Positions 7,666 through 16,009 of a DNA stretch of 24,000 nt are shown in pieces. Made by a program: the position numbers and the translations under genes. The stretch comes from Haloplasmataceae bacterium (GTDB taxonomy: Bacteria > Bacillota_I > Bacilli_A > Haloplasmatales > Haloplasmataceae). The notes below the pieces were generated by a model that saw only the letters and a list, made by a program, of their open reading frames with translations, had not been told where the DNA came from and ran no database searches. Location of the stretch: contig JARDZP010000016.1 in NCBI GenBank assembly GCA_029240795.1, positions 6,516 through 30,515 on the forward strand. Reading direction: 5' to 3'. Positions within the stretch are counted from its first letter, which is position 1, and each line of letters opens with the position of its first letter.

Positions 7666-9587
7666 TATAAATTCTCCTTATTCCCAAAATTATCTTCAAG
7701 TGTAAACGCGATATTATGTTCAATCCAATCACGACGTAAATCAACATGATCTCCCATTAATATGTTAAATTGATGATCTGCTTCTATCGCATTGTCAATA
7801 GTGACTCTAATAAGTGTACGAGATATCGGATTCATTGTTGTATCCCATAATTGGTCAGCATTCATTTCACCAAGTCCTTTAAATCGTTGAATTGTATAAT
7901 TACCACGTAATTTTTTGGTTTTTAATTCTAATTCTTCATCTGTATAAGCATAGTCAAAACCAGTTTTTTTATTCACTTTATATAAGGGTGGAAGTGCTAT
8001 GTATACCTTTTTATTTTCAATTAATTGAGTCATGTATCTAAAAAAGAAAGTTAACAAAAGAATTTGAATATGGGCTCCATCGGTATCAGCATCGGTCATA
8101 ATAATGATTTTATCGTAATTAACCTTTTTGATATTGAAGTCAGCACCAAAACCACATCCAATTGTATTTATCAGGACATTAATTTCTTCATTTTTTAACA
8201 TTTCATCAACTTTTGCCTTTTCAGTATTAATAACTTTACCACGAAGTGGCAATATGGCTTGAATTTTTTTGTCTCTACCCTGTTTGGCACTACCACCTGC
8301 TGATATACCTTCGACAATAAATAATTCACGACGTTTGGCATCCTTTGATTGTGCTGGAGTTAATTTTCCGTTTAAATTCACATTTGTTTTGACTTTTTTA
8401 CCTAAACGGACAATTTCACGTGCTTTTCTTGCTGCTTCACGAGCGTTACTTGCTTTTACCGCACGTAGAATAATATCATTTATCATATCCGGATTTTTGG
8501 TAAAATAAAGAGTTAATTCATCATATAATACATTCTCGACAGCTTGTCTAGCTTCTGGAGTTCCTAATTTACTTTTCGTTTGACCTTCAAATTGAAGTAA
8601 GTTTTCAGGAATTCTCACCGAAATAACACAGGTTAACCCTTCTCTAATGTCAGTACCTTCCAAATTCTTATCTTTTTCTTTTAGTAGATTGTTTTTACGG
8701 GCAAAATCATTCACTAATTTAGTTAAAATCGATTTTGCACCTATTTCATGTGTTCCACCATCTTTTGTTTTTACGTTATTAACGAAAGACAAAAAGTTCT
8801 CAGAATATGAATCAACATACTGAAACGCAAAATCTACCTCAATTGTAGAACTTGCACCAGTAACATCAACTATATTATGTAAAGGCGTTTTATCTTTATT
8901 TAAAAACTCGACAAAAGCTTCAATTCCATTTTCATAATAATATTCTTCAGTTTTACCGATTCTTTTATCAATAAGGATAATTTTTAACCCTTTTAATAAA
9001 AAAGCAGACTCTCTAAATCTTTCTTCTAATATTTCAAACTTAAACTTTGTGGTAGAAAAAATCACAAGATCAGGCTTAAAGGTTACTTTTGTTCCTGTTT
9101 TATTCGTTTTTCCTATTTCTATAAGTGGTGATACGACTTTACCACCATTATCAAATCTTTGTTTAAAGACCTTTCCATCTCTTTTTATTTCAACTTCAAG
9201 ATATTCACTTAAAGCATTTACAACTGACGCACCCACTCCGTGAAGCCCGCCCGATGACTTATAACTATTACCATCAAATTTACCTCCCGCATGGAGCATA
9301 GTATAAATTACTTGTGGAGTAGGCTTGCCGGTTTTGTGCATCCCTGTAGGAACTCCTCGGCCATCATCCTCAATAATAATACTATTATCGTTATTTATGG
9401 TTACTGTAATTCTATTACCGAATCCTTGTAAGGCTTCATCTATAGAATTATCTACAATTTCGTATACTAAATGATGTAAACCCTGGTAATCTGTAGAGCC
9501 AATGTACATTCCAGGCCTTTTGCGAACAGCTTCCAATCCTTCAAGTACTTGAATAGACTCCTCGTTGTAGCTTAAATTTTGTGACAT
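7665..9587 (-). CDS. parE: DNA topoisomerase IV subunit B
   Basis: Track ORF is 7665..9596, but its GTG start lies inside the SD AAGGGTG, so the ATG at 9587 (MSQNLSYNEESIQVLEGLEAVRKRPGMYIGS) is preferred. GHKL ATPase motifs are present (EIVDNSIDEA, DDGRGVP, GLHGVGASVVNA, QTKSKLG). So are the TOPRIM motifs (VEGISAGGSAK, PLRGKVIN, IMTDADTDGAHI). Confidence 0.95.
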   Translation of the reverse strand: MSQNLSYNEESIQVLEGLEAVRKRPGMYIGSTDYQGLHHLVYEIVDNSIDEALQGFGNRITVTINNDNSIIIEDDGRGVPTGMHKTGKPTPQVIYTMLHAGGKFDGNSYKSSGGLHGVGASVVNALSEYLEVEIKRDGKVFKQRFDNGGKVVSPLIEIGKTNKTGTKVTFKPDLVIFSTTKFKFEILEERFRESAFLLKGLKIILIDKRIGKTEEYYYENGIEAFVEFLNKDKTPLHNIVDVTGASSTIEVDFAFQYVDSYSENFLSFVNNVKTKDGGTHEIGAKSILTKLVNDFARKNNLLKEKDKNLEGTDIREGLTCVISVRIPENLLQFEGQTKSKLGTPEARQAVENVLYDELTLYFTKNPDMINDIILRAVKASNAREAARKAREIVRLGKKVKTNVNLNGKLTPAQSKDAKRRELFIVEGISAGGSAKQGRDKKIQAILPLRGKVINTEKAKVDEMLKNEEINVLINTIGCGFGADFNIKKVNYDKIIIMTDADTDGAHIQILLLTFFFRYMTQLIENKKVYIALPPLYKVNKKTGFDYAYTDEELELKTKKLRGNYTIQRFKGLGEMNADQLWDTTMNPISRTLIRVTIDNAIEADHQFNILMGDHVDLRRDWIEHNIAFTLEDNFGNKENL

Positions 9588-9694
9588 TTTTTTCACCCTT
9601 TCAAGTAAATATAATTTCTATTATAAATGATTTTTGACAAAATTTGTATATAAAATAGAAAAAACTCGCGAAATTACAATTTTCTACAATTATC

Positions 9695-9722
9695 TTGAAT
9701 TTCAAAATAATTATGATATAAT
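9695..9722 (+). promoter_or_regulatory. sigmaA-type promoter for plsY
   Basis: TTGAAT (9695..9700), 16-nt spacer, TGaTATAAT extended -10 (hexamer 9717..9722). Confidence 0.55.
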
Positions 9723-9746
9723 CTATTTGTCAAGGTGGTGAAATAT

Positions 9747-10376
9747 ATGGCAGTAAACATTTTTTATTTAATTATTTGTTATTTAATTGGTTCGATTCCA
9801 TCTGGACTAATTATCGGAAAATCATTTAAAAACATTGATATACGTGAATTTGGTAGTGGAAACCTTGGTGGAACTAATGCGATTAGAGTACTAGGGAAAA
9901 AATTAGGCGGATTAGTTGCTATTATGGATGTATTAAAAGGCGGAATTTGTGTTTTATTAGCAAATAAAGTCTTTAACACAAACGATATTCCAGCAATCTT
10001 CTTTGGATTGATGGCAGTAATTGGACATGTGATCCCGATCTTCGCTGGATTCCGTGGTGGTAAAGCCGTCGCTACGAGCGGTGGAGTATTATTATTTTCT
10101 TCATGGCCTATCTTCTTAATTGGGATAATTACTTTCATTATTACTTTAAAAATTACAAAATATGTTTCAGTATCCTCAACTTTTGTTGCTTTTGTAATCT
10201 TTATTACAACACTGATCGCATATTTTAATCCTAACCTATTTTTTAAATATTTTAATGTTGATGAGTTTATGGTAATAACGATATTCATATTAATGATGTT
10301 TATAATTCTAAGACATATACCCAATTATAAACGTTTATTAAAAGGAAATGAAAGAAAAATCGGTCAAAAAAAATAA
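9747..10376 (+). CDS. plsY: Glycerol-3-phosphate acyltransferase PlsY
   Basis: The track start at 9735 is a GTG inside the SD AAGGTGGTGA, so the ATG at 9747 is preferred. MAVNIFYLIICYLIGSIPSGLIIGK...GSGNLGGTNAIRVLGKKLG...GHVIPIFAGFRGGKAVATSGG is typical PlsY. It is divergent from parE as in B. subtilis (yneS). Confidence 0.93.
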   Translation: MAVNIFYLIICYLIGSIPSGLIIGKSFKNIDIREFGSGNLGGTNAIRVLGKKLGGLVAIMDVLKGGICVLLANKVFNTNDIPAIFFGLMAVIGHVIPIFAGFRGGKAVATSGGVLLFSSWPIFLIGIITFIITLKITKYVSVSSTFVAFVIFITTLIAYFNPNLFFKYFNVDEFMVITIFILMMFIILRHIPNYKRLLKGNERKIGQKK

Positions 10377-10392
10377 ATATATAAACATATTT

Positions 10393-10421
10393 AAACTTTA
10401 TCAATTGATAAAGTTTTTTTT
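10393..10421 (+). terminator. Rho-independent terminator after plsY
   Basis: AAACTTTATC-AATT-GATAAAGTTT followed by a T run. Confidence 0.65.
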
Positions 10422-10508
10422 ATTATAAAAAACTAAACGAATGTAATGGTGCTTTTTTTTTAGGTATGCATACAATAAAACGGATGAAAAACGAAAGGAG
10501 GCTATATT

Positions 10509-10613
10509 ATGGAAGCTACTGGTGCTAATGGATATGGTGGTTTTGCATTTATCTTAGTATTATTTATTTTATTAGTAATTATCGGATGTGCATGTACAGG
10601 TTTTTTCTGCTAA
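10509..10613 (+). CDS. YjcZ-family tiny transmembrane sporulation peptide (34 aa)
   Basis: Too short for the ORF track. AAAGGAGG SD ends 7 nt before the ATG. Product is MEATGANGYGGFAFILVLFILLVIIGCACTGFFC. The Gly-rich N-terminus, the GGFAxIxVLFILLxIIG core and the Cys-rich tail match the YjcZ / tiny_TM_bacill family pattern as I recall it. Confidence 0.75.
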   Translation: MEATGANGYGGFAFILVLFILLVIIGCACTGFFC

Positions 10614-10732
10614 AAAAGATTAAGTAATATACTCCATAAAATGATGTTAATATAAATTTAGACTATTGTATGAGTCACAAATGGTATAAAAACATATAAT
10701 AAATTGAAATCTTTAGGAAAGGGGGCCTACTT

Positions 10733-10822
10733 ATGGGTAATACAGGGGGATCTGGTTTCGCATTTATTTTAGTTTTATTTATCTTATTAGCGATTATAGG
10801 TTGCGCATGTTGGTGTAATTAA
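10733..10822 (+). CDS. YjcZ-family tiny transmembrane sporulation peptide, second paralogue (29 aa)
   Basis: AGGAAAGGGGG SD precedes the ATG at 10733. Product is MGNTGGSGFAFILVLFILLAIIGCACWCN. The core is nearly identical to the peptide at 10509..10613. Confidence 0.75.
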   Translation: MGNTGGSGFAFILVLFILLAIIGCACWCN

Positions 10823-10850
10823 TACTAATAAATAGGCTCAACATCGTATT

Positions 10851-10893
10851 AAAAAATAAAAAGTATATGACTTCACGCCATATACTTTTTTTG
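10851..10893. terminator. Bidirectional Rho-independent terminator (YjcZ-like gene on +, lipoprotein gene on -)
   Basis: AAGTATATG (10861..10869) pairs with CATATACTT (10879..10887). An A run lies upstream and a T run downstream. Confidence 0.65.
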
Positions 10894-10894
10894 C

Positions 10895-11587
10895 TTAGAT
10901 GTCAGTATAATCAACGATTGTATATCCTGCTGCTTCTGTTGGTATAGTAAGGATTGTTTTATCAATATTTGTTGTTTTTAGGTCCAATATTTCCATCGTA
11001 AATTTCTCTTCGCTATCTTCATATTCAACTTTTATAACATATTCATTAGCATTTATATAATATTTATAAGTTATGCCTAGGTAATTATATTCATAACAAG
11101 TGGTCTTGATATTACCAACCATCACATTTTCAGTTTTCTTTTCAAATTCATAATATGAATTAAAATCAGTTAAAAATGTAAAGTCTGGTGACGTATCTTC
11201 ATATGTTTCATCAAGTACCATTTTTATGGCTGATTTTTCACCGTCAATAATGGTGATCATGTAATAAATTGTTTCAGAAACTAAGAAAATTGTTTCATCT
11301 TCTTCAAAGACCATACTAAATGCATTATTTACTCCACTTTTGGCGAATTTGTAAGTAAAGGTTTCTGTTGTATTGTCAGCTTTAGTTGTTGTTTTGAATA
11401 ATATTTTATAACTATATTCATTGCTGCTTTCAATAACTTCAGCGAATTTGTTAATTTCTGGATCTTCATTATTAGGAATTGTTGTTACTAATGGATCAAC
11501 AGTAGTAATGACTTCACCTCCACAAGCTGTTAAGGTGGTCAAAAAGATAATCATAGCAATAAAAGATAATAATTTTGTAATATTCAA
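10895..11587 (-). CDS. Lipoprotein (hypothetical)
   Basis: 230 aa with a TTG start after a GGGGAG SD. The signal peptide MNITKLLSFIAMIIFLTTLTAC has a lipobox (LTAC). The mature part is beta-rich with no recognisable family. Confidence 0.8.
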   Translation of the reverse strand: MNITKLLSFIAMIIFLTTLTACGGEVITTVDPLVTTIPNNEDPEINKFAEVIESSNEYSYKILFKTTTKADNTTETFTYKFAKSGVNNAFSMVFEEDETIFLVSETIYYMITIIDGEKSAIKMVLDETYEDTSPDFTFLTDFNSYYEFEKKTENVMVGNIKTTCYEYNYLGITYKYYINANEYVIKVEYEDSEEKFTMEILDLKTTNIDKTILTIPTEAAGYTIVDYTDI

Positions 11588-11605
11588 AATATATTTCTCC
11601 CCTCT

Positions 11606-11756
11606 TAGGTCTATATGAATTATATAGACCTATAATTCATATTCATCTACACAATATGAATATGATCAAATTTTGTTACTTATTTAAAATTCATATACAT
11701 CCTCTTTGTCTATATATATATGACCATATCATTATATTACTATATAAAATATGAAT
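11606..11756. repeat. Array of ATATGAAT/ATTCATAT octamers plus two perfect inverted repeats in the lipoprotein gene upstream region
   Basis: Full octamers lie at 11613..11620 (+), 11635..11642 (rc), 11654..11661 (+), 11689..11696 (rc) and 11749..11756 (+). One inverted repeat is TAGGTCTATA (11606..11615) with TATAGACCTA (11623..11632). The other is TCATATTCAT (11637..11646) with ATGAATATGA (11656..11665). Confidence 0.5.
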
Positions 11757-11794
11757 TTAGAAGGATTTTGTTTCCAAATAAATAATTTTTTCAC

Positions 11795-11825
11795 AAAAAA
11801 AAGAGAATGAAAAATTCATTCTCTT
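11795..11825 (-). terminator. Rho-independent terminator after yneF
   Basis: AAGAGAATGAA (11801..11811) pairs with TTCATTCTCTT (11815..11825). A T run follows on the reverse strand (A run 11795..11802 on +). Confidence 0.7.
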
Positions 11826-11831
11826 AATTTA

Positions 11832-12068
11832 TTATTTTTTTCCTACTTGATATTGTCCATTTATTGATTTCATAACTTGACGAACTTGTTTTTCAGAGGG
11901 TGTCCTACCCATTTGTGACATCATTGTTCTCACTATATCTTCAGTTATAGGTGGGTTATCTTTTAAGTATTTCATCATAAATTTTCTAGCTATTAAGAAA
12001 CCAAGTACAAGTCCACCTAATAAAGTAATAACCGCAATAACAATCGCTAACCATAATCTAATATCCAT
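11832..12068 (-). CDS. yneF: UPF0154 family small membrane protein YneF
   Basis: 78 aa with an AAGGAGG SD. LVLGFLIARKFMMKYLKDNPPITEDIVRTMMSQMGRTPSEKQVRQVMKSIN closely resembles B. subtilis YneF. It also sits next to tkt, as in B. subtilis. Confidence 0.85.
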   Translation of the reverse strand: MDIRLWLAIVIAVITLLGGLVLGFLIARKFMMKYLKDNPPITEDIVRTMMSQMGRTPSEKQVRQVMKSINGQYQVGKK

Positions 12069-12134
12069 GGTACTACCTCCTTGTATTATTTTATATTACA
12101 TAATTTTCTATAAAAAAGCAACGATATTATTTTA

Positions 12135-14114
12135 TTATTTTAATAATTCTTTAAATTCTTTTACAACATTATTTACAGTAAAGCCAAACTTTTCAATAAC
12201 AGCATTACCTTCACCAGATGCACCAAATGTGTCAATCGACATCACGTTACCATCTAGTCCTACATATTTATGCCAACCAAAACTTGAACCCATTTCAATC
12301 GAAAGTCTTGTACGAATATTTTTTGGAAGTACTGATTCTTTATAATCCAATTCATTCGCATCAAACAACTCCATTGAAACGATACTGACTACTCGAGTAT
12401 TGATATTTTCTTGTTCTAATTGTTTTTGCGCTGCGATTGCTAAACTGACTTCAGAACCACTAGCGATTAAGATACCATCCATTTTAGTGTTTTTACTTTC
12501 AGATACAATGTATCCACCTTTTTTCACTAATCCAGAATTAGCAGTCGTAACTGTAGGTAAATTTTGACGTGTTAATACGAGTACTGTAGGTTTATTAGTA
12601 GTTTCTAATGCTAGTTTATAACATGCAGCTGTTTCGTTTCCATCACATGGACGTAATACTTGAATATTGGGAATTGAACGAAGCATTGCTAATTGTTCAA
12701 TTGGTTCATGTGTTGGTCCATCTTCGCCTACGGCAACACTATCGTGTGTTAAGATATAAATGACCGGTAGTTTCATTATTGCAGCCATTCTTACCGCTGG
12801 TTTAAAATAATCACTGAAGACAAAGAAAGTTGAACAGAATACTCTTAAGCCACCATGTAATGCGATTCCGTTTGATATTGAGGCCATCGCAAACTCTCTA
12901 ACCCCAAAATAAATATTTCTACCGCTATAATTTGCTGGTGAAAAGGCATCAGCATTTTTAATTATCGCTTTTGTAGAACTAGTTAAGTCGGCAGCACCAC
13001 CTATTAAATTAGGGATTACATTAGCTACTTTATTTAAACATTCATAACTATAATTTCTTGTAGCGTCTTTCTTTTCTGGTCCATAAATTGGTAAAATATC
13101 TGCTAAATCTACGCCAACTTTATTATTTAAACTTCTCATTAACTCTAGATATTCATTTGGATATTTTACTTCATATTGTTTTAATGATTTTTGAAATTGT
13201 TCATGTTTATATGTACCACGATTAATAACCGTATCATTAAAATGTCTATAAACTTCTTGTGGCACGTTAAACTCTTCATGGTTCCATTCATAATGAGTTT
13301 TTGCTGCTTTTCCGCCCTCAACACCTAATGGAGCACCGTGGACTTTATTAGTTCCTTGATTAGGAGCACCATAACCAATTACAGTTCTAACCTCAATTAA
13401 TGAGGGTTTATCTAATTGGTTTTTAGCGTTATTTATTGCTTGGTTAATAGCTTGTACATCCGTTCCATCTTCAACTTTTTGGACATGCCAACCTATAGCT
13501 TCATACTTTTTAGTTGTCTTTTCACTAAATGATTGAGAAGTTTCACCATCTAGACTTATTTCATTTGAATCATATAATACAATTAACTTTCCTAGTTTAA
13601 GATGACCTGCAAGAGACGCTGCTTCATTTGTGACACCTTCCATTAAATCTCCGTCACCACAAAGTGCATAAGTGAAATGGTCAAATAACTTTATATCTTC
13701 TTTGTTATATTTTGTAGCTAAATATCTTTCAGCCATAGCCATCCCAATAGCCATAGGAATACCTTGCCCTAATGGACCTGTAGTTGCGTCTACGCCATCT
13801 GTGTGCCCATATTCGGGATGTCCTGGAGTCTTACTACCTAATTGACGAAAGCTCTTTAAATCATCGATAGTTACATTAAAACCAGATAAATGTAGTAAAC
13901 CATAAAGTAACATTGAACCATGTCCTGCTGCTAAAACAAATCGATCACGATTTACCCATTGGGGATCATGAGGATTAACATTTAAATGGTTTGTCCATAA
14001 TGTGTATGCCATTGGGGCTGCACCTAAGACAATGCCTGGGTGTCCGCTGTTTGCTTTATTAATTGCATCGATACCTAGTACTCGGATAGTATTAATTGAT
14101 AAATTACTAATCAT
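12135..14114 (-). CDS. tkt: Transketolase
   Basis: 659 aa with an [28 protein letters not shown] and [10 protein letters not shown] (TPP-binding GDG) are present, followed by the C-terminal pyrimidine-binding and transketolase_C regions. Confidence 0.96.
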   Translation of the reverse strand: MISNLSINTIRVLGIDAINKANSGHPGIVLGAAPMAYTLWTNHLNVNPHDPQWVNRDRFVLAAGHGSMLLYGLLHLSGFNVTIDDLKSFRQLGSKTPGHPEYGHTDGVDATTGPLGQGIPMAIGMAMAERYLATKYNKEDIKLFDHFTYALCGDGDLMEGVTNEAASLAGHLKLGKLIVLYDSNEISLDGETSQSFSEKTTKKYEAIGWHVQKVEDGTDVQAINQAINNAKNQLDKPSLIEVRTVIGYGAPNQGTNKVHGAPLGVEGGKAAKTHYEWNHEEFNVPQEVYRHFNDTVINRGTYKHEQFQKSLKQYEVKYPNEYLELMRSLNNKVGVDLADILPIYGPEKKDATRNYSYECLNKVANVIPNLIGGAADLTSSTKAIIKNADAFSPANYSGRNIYFGVREFAMASISNGIALHGGLRVFCSTFFVFSDYFKPAVRMAAIMKLPVIYILTHDSVAVGEDGPTHEPIEQLAMLRSIPNIQVLRPCDGNETAACYKLALETTNKPTVLVLTRQNLPTVTTANSGLVKKGGYIVSESKNTKMDGILIASGSEVSLAIAAQKQLEQENINTRVVSIVSMELFDANELDYKESVLPKNIRTRLSIEMGSSFGWHKYVGLDGNVMSIDTFGASGEGNAVIEKFGFTVNNVVKEFKELLK

Positions 14115-14202
14115 TATAGTCCTCCTATTTTTATTCCTTTAAAAATTATAACTCATTTTTTGATTTTTTTAAACAAAATTAGCAAAAAATTAACAATAGA
14201 TA

Positions 14203-14230
14203 TTCCAATTTATGAAATTTGTGCTAAAAT
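14203..14230 (+). promoter_or_regulatory. Candidate promoter for the ferredoxin gene
   Basis: TTCCAA (14203..14208), 16-nt spacer, TGcTAAAAT extended -10 (hexamer 14225..14230). Confidence 0.4.
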
Positions 14231-14260
14231 ATTAATATCAATGTGAAGGAGGAAATATCT

Positions 14261-14428
14261 ATGCCAAGAAGAATTACTGATAGTTGTATAGCATGCGGTT
14301 CTTGTGCTGCTGTTTGTCCAGTTGATTGTATCTCAGAGGGAGATATTTATGTTATTAACGAAAATGTATGTACTGATTGTGGAGCTTGTCAACAAGAATG
14401 CCCAGTTGATGCTATCATCGAAGCTTAA
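14261..14428 (+). CDS. 2x[4Fe-4S] clostridial-type ferredoxin
   Basis: The track start at 14243 is a GTG inside the SD GAAGGAGG, so the ATG at 14261 gives a 55-aa product. Two CxxCxxCxxxCP motifs are present (CIACGSCAAVCP, CTDCGACQQECP). Confidence 0.9.
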   Translation: MPRRITDSCIACGSCAAVCPVDCISEGDIYVINENVCTDCGACQQECPVDAIIEA

Positions 14429-14445
14429 TACAAAATATTTTATTT

Positions 14446-14485
14446 AATAACTTCTATATTTTTATAGAAGTTATTTTTATTTTTT
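14446..14485 (+). terminator. Rho-independent terminator after the ferredoxin gene
   Basis: AATAACTTCTAT (14446..14457) pairs with ATAGAAGTTATT (14464..14475), followed by a T-rich run. Confidence 0.7.
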
Positions 14486-14525
14486 AAAACAATTGTTTGC
14501 TTTTTAAATAAATTAATTATATAAT
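14486..14525 (+). promoter_or_regulatory. Candidate lexA promoter with an overlapping palindrome (possible variant SOS/Cheo box)
   Basis: AAAAC-AATT-GTTTG at 14486..14499 resembles CGAAC-N4-GTTCG, keeping the AAC-N4-GTT core. TTGCTT (14497..14502), 17-nt spacer and TATAAT (14520..14525) follow. This -10 lies unusually close to the SD, so promoter placement is uncertain. Confidence 0.35.
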
Positions 14526-14543
14526 ATAAATGAGGTGATACTC

Positions 14544-15149
14544 ATGATAAAAATTTCTGAAAAACAACAAGAAATTTTAGATTTTATTAGTGAGTTTTTA
14601 AGTGAAAGAGGATACCCTCCTACTGTAAGAGAGATTGGAAAAGCTGTTGGTTTATCTTCAAGCGCTTCTGTTCACTCTCAACTTAATAAGCTAGAGAAAA
14701 AAGGGTTTATAAAGAAAGAACCCACGTCAAGTAGAGCAATCAGTATTGTTAAAGAAGATCAAACTGAATATATAAGTATTCCCGTTTTAGGGAAAGTTAC
14801 TGCAGGTAATCCTATTGAAGCAATTGAAAATTGTTCAGATTACTTCCAAATTCCTGCTAACTTAGTTAAAAGTAATGATGTTGTATTTATGCTGACTGTA
14901 TCAGGAAATAGTATGAAAAATGCTGGTATTTTAGATAATGACCGTATTATCGTTAAAAAAAGTGATACAGCTGATAATGGTGAAATTATCGTTGCTTTAA
15001 CTGATGAAAATGAAGCAACTGTAAAACGATTTTTTAAAGAATCAAATCATTTCCGTTTACAACCAGAAAATGAGGAGTTTGAACCTATTATTTTACCAAA
15101 TGTTAGTATAGTTGGTAAAGTAATTGGCTTATATCGTGAAATAATGTAA
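14544..15149 (+). CDS. lexA: SOS repressor LexA
   Basis: The track start at 14535 is a GTG inside the SD GAGGTGA, so the ATG at 14544 is preferred. N-terminal wHTH: QQEILDFISEFLSERGYPPTVREIGKAVGLSSSASVHSQLNKLEKKGFI. Ala-Gly cleavage site in VTAGNPI. Catalytic Ser in GNSM and Lys in VKRF. Confidence 0.94.
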   Translation: MIKISEKQQEILDFISEFLSERGYPPTVREIGKAVGLSSSASVHSQLNKLEKKGFIKKEPTSSRAISIVKEDQTEYISIPVLGKVTAGNPIEAIENCSDYFQIPANLVKSNDVVFMLTVSGNSMKNAGILDNDRIIVKKSDTADNGEIIVALTDENEATVKRFFKESNHFRLQPENEEFEPIILPNVSIVGKVIGLYREIM

Positions 15150-15155
15150 GAAACT

Positions 15156-15184
15156 AAGAGCTAATTTTTATTAGCTCTTTTTTA
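15156..15184. terminator. Terminator hairpin shared by the convergent lexA and spoVK-like genes
   Basis: AAGAGCTAAT (15156..15165) pairs with ATTAGCTCTT (15170..15179), followed by a T run on the + strand. It overlaps the stop of the reverse-strand gene. Confidence 0.7.
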
Positions 15185-16009
15185 CATAAAATCTTCTTCA
15201 CTTAAAATCATTAAATTTTCATTGTATGCTTTTTCAAGAAATACACGCATATCATGTTTTCTTATAATATCTTCTACCAAATTTCTTACAAAGCGTCCAT
15301 TGTGTTTGAGAATAGGATTATTCCGATTTACCAAGTCATTTAAATAATTATTGAATTTTTTTTGTAATTCTTTTGTGCTATCAAATCCATTCAATTTTAT
15401 TGTATAACTAAATATTTGTTTTAATTCATTTAAATTGTAGTCTTCAAAAAATAACTTAATCGGAAATCGCGAATTCAGACCTTTGTTGTTATTTAACATG
15501 ACATCTATTTTTTCTTTATATCCTGCAAAAATGACGATGATATCTTCATGATGATCTTCAACAAACTTTAAGATGATGTCGATCGCTTCATTACCAAAAT
15601 CGGTATAATCTTCATTATATAGACTATAAGCTTCATCAATAAACAAAATCCCGCCTTTCGCTTCTTCTAAGATTTTTTTGGTTTTAATGGTAGTTTGACC
15701 TATATATTCACCAATTAAATCACTACGATCAATTTCAATTAAGTGACCTTTTTCTAAATATTTAATATCACTAAACATTTTAGCTACTAGTCTTGCAACT
15801 GTTGTCTTTCCAGTACCAGGATTTCCATAAAAGATCATATTTAGTGCTTGTTTTTTGTACTCAATATTTCTTTTTTTCTTTATTTCATTCACTTGTGTTA
15901 AAGCATATATTGCGAATATTTCTTTAATCACATTATCTAAACCAATTATATCTTTAAAGTATTTCTCCTTAAATAATAAATATTCATATGTGTTTGTTAT
16001 GTCTTTCAT
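15182..16009 (-). CDS. spoVK: SpoVK/CbbX-type AAA+ ATPase (stage V sporulation protein K-like)
   Basis: The track start at 16018 is a GTG inside the SD AGGTGA, so the ATG at 16009 gives 275 aa. Walker A is GNPGTGKTTVARLVAKMF and Walker B is ILFIDEAYSL. The general layout fits the SpoVK family. The spoVK name rests on family resemblance and the sporulation context only. Confidence 0.75.
   Translation of the reverse strand: MKDITNTYEYLLFKEKYFKDIIGLDNVIKEIFAIYALTQVNEIKKKRNIEYKKQALNMIFYGNPGTGKTTVARLVAKMFSDIKYLEKGHLIEIDRSDLIGEYIGQTTIKTKKILEEAKGGILFIDEAYSLYNEDYTDFGNEAIDIILKFVEDHHEDIIVIFAGYKEKIDVMLNNNKGLNSRFPIKLFFEDYNLNELKQIFSYTIKLNGFDSTKELQKKFNNYLNDLVNRNNPILKHNGRFVRNLVEDIIRKHDMRVFLEKAYNENLMILSEEDFM

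Noticed and set aside
8269-9243. + strand ORFs 8269..8508 and 9049..9243
   Set aside because: Both are antisense shadows within the highly conserved parE coding region.
9597-9694. Looked for a LexA (Cheo) box and a clear sigmaA promoter upstream of parE
   Set aside because: Only loose near-palindromes (ACAAAATTTGT) are present, and a TATAAT has no properly spaced -35. This is not enough to call a feature.
9779-10324. 181-aa reverse-strand ORF
   Set aside because: It is fully embedded antisense in plsY, whose + strand product has the unmistakable PlsY sequence. It is a typical shadow ORF of an AT-rich membrane protein gene.
11421-12345. + strand ORFs 11421..11618 and 12067..12345
   Set aside because: They are antisense to the lipoprotein gene and to the yneF/tkt 3' region respectively, with no SD or motifs.
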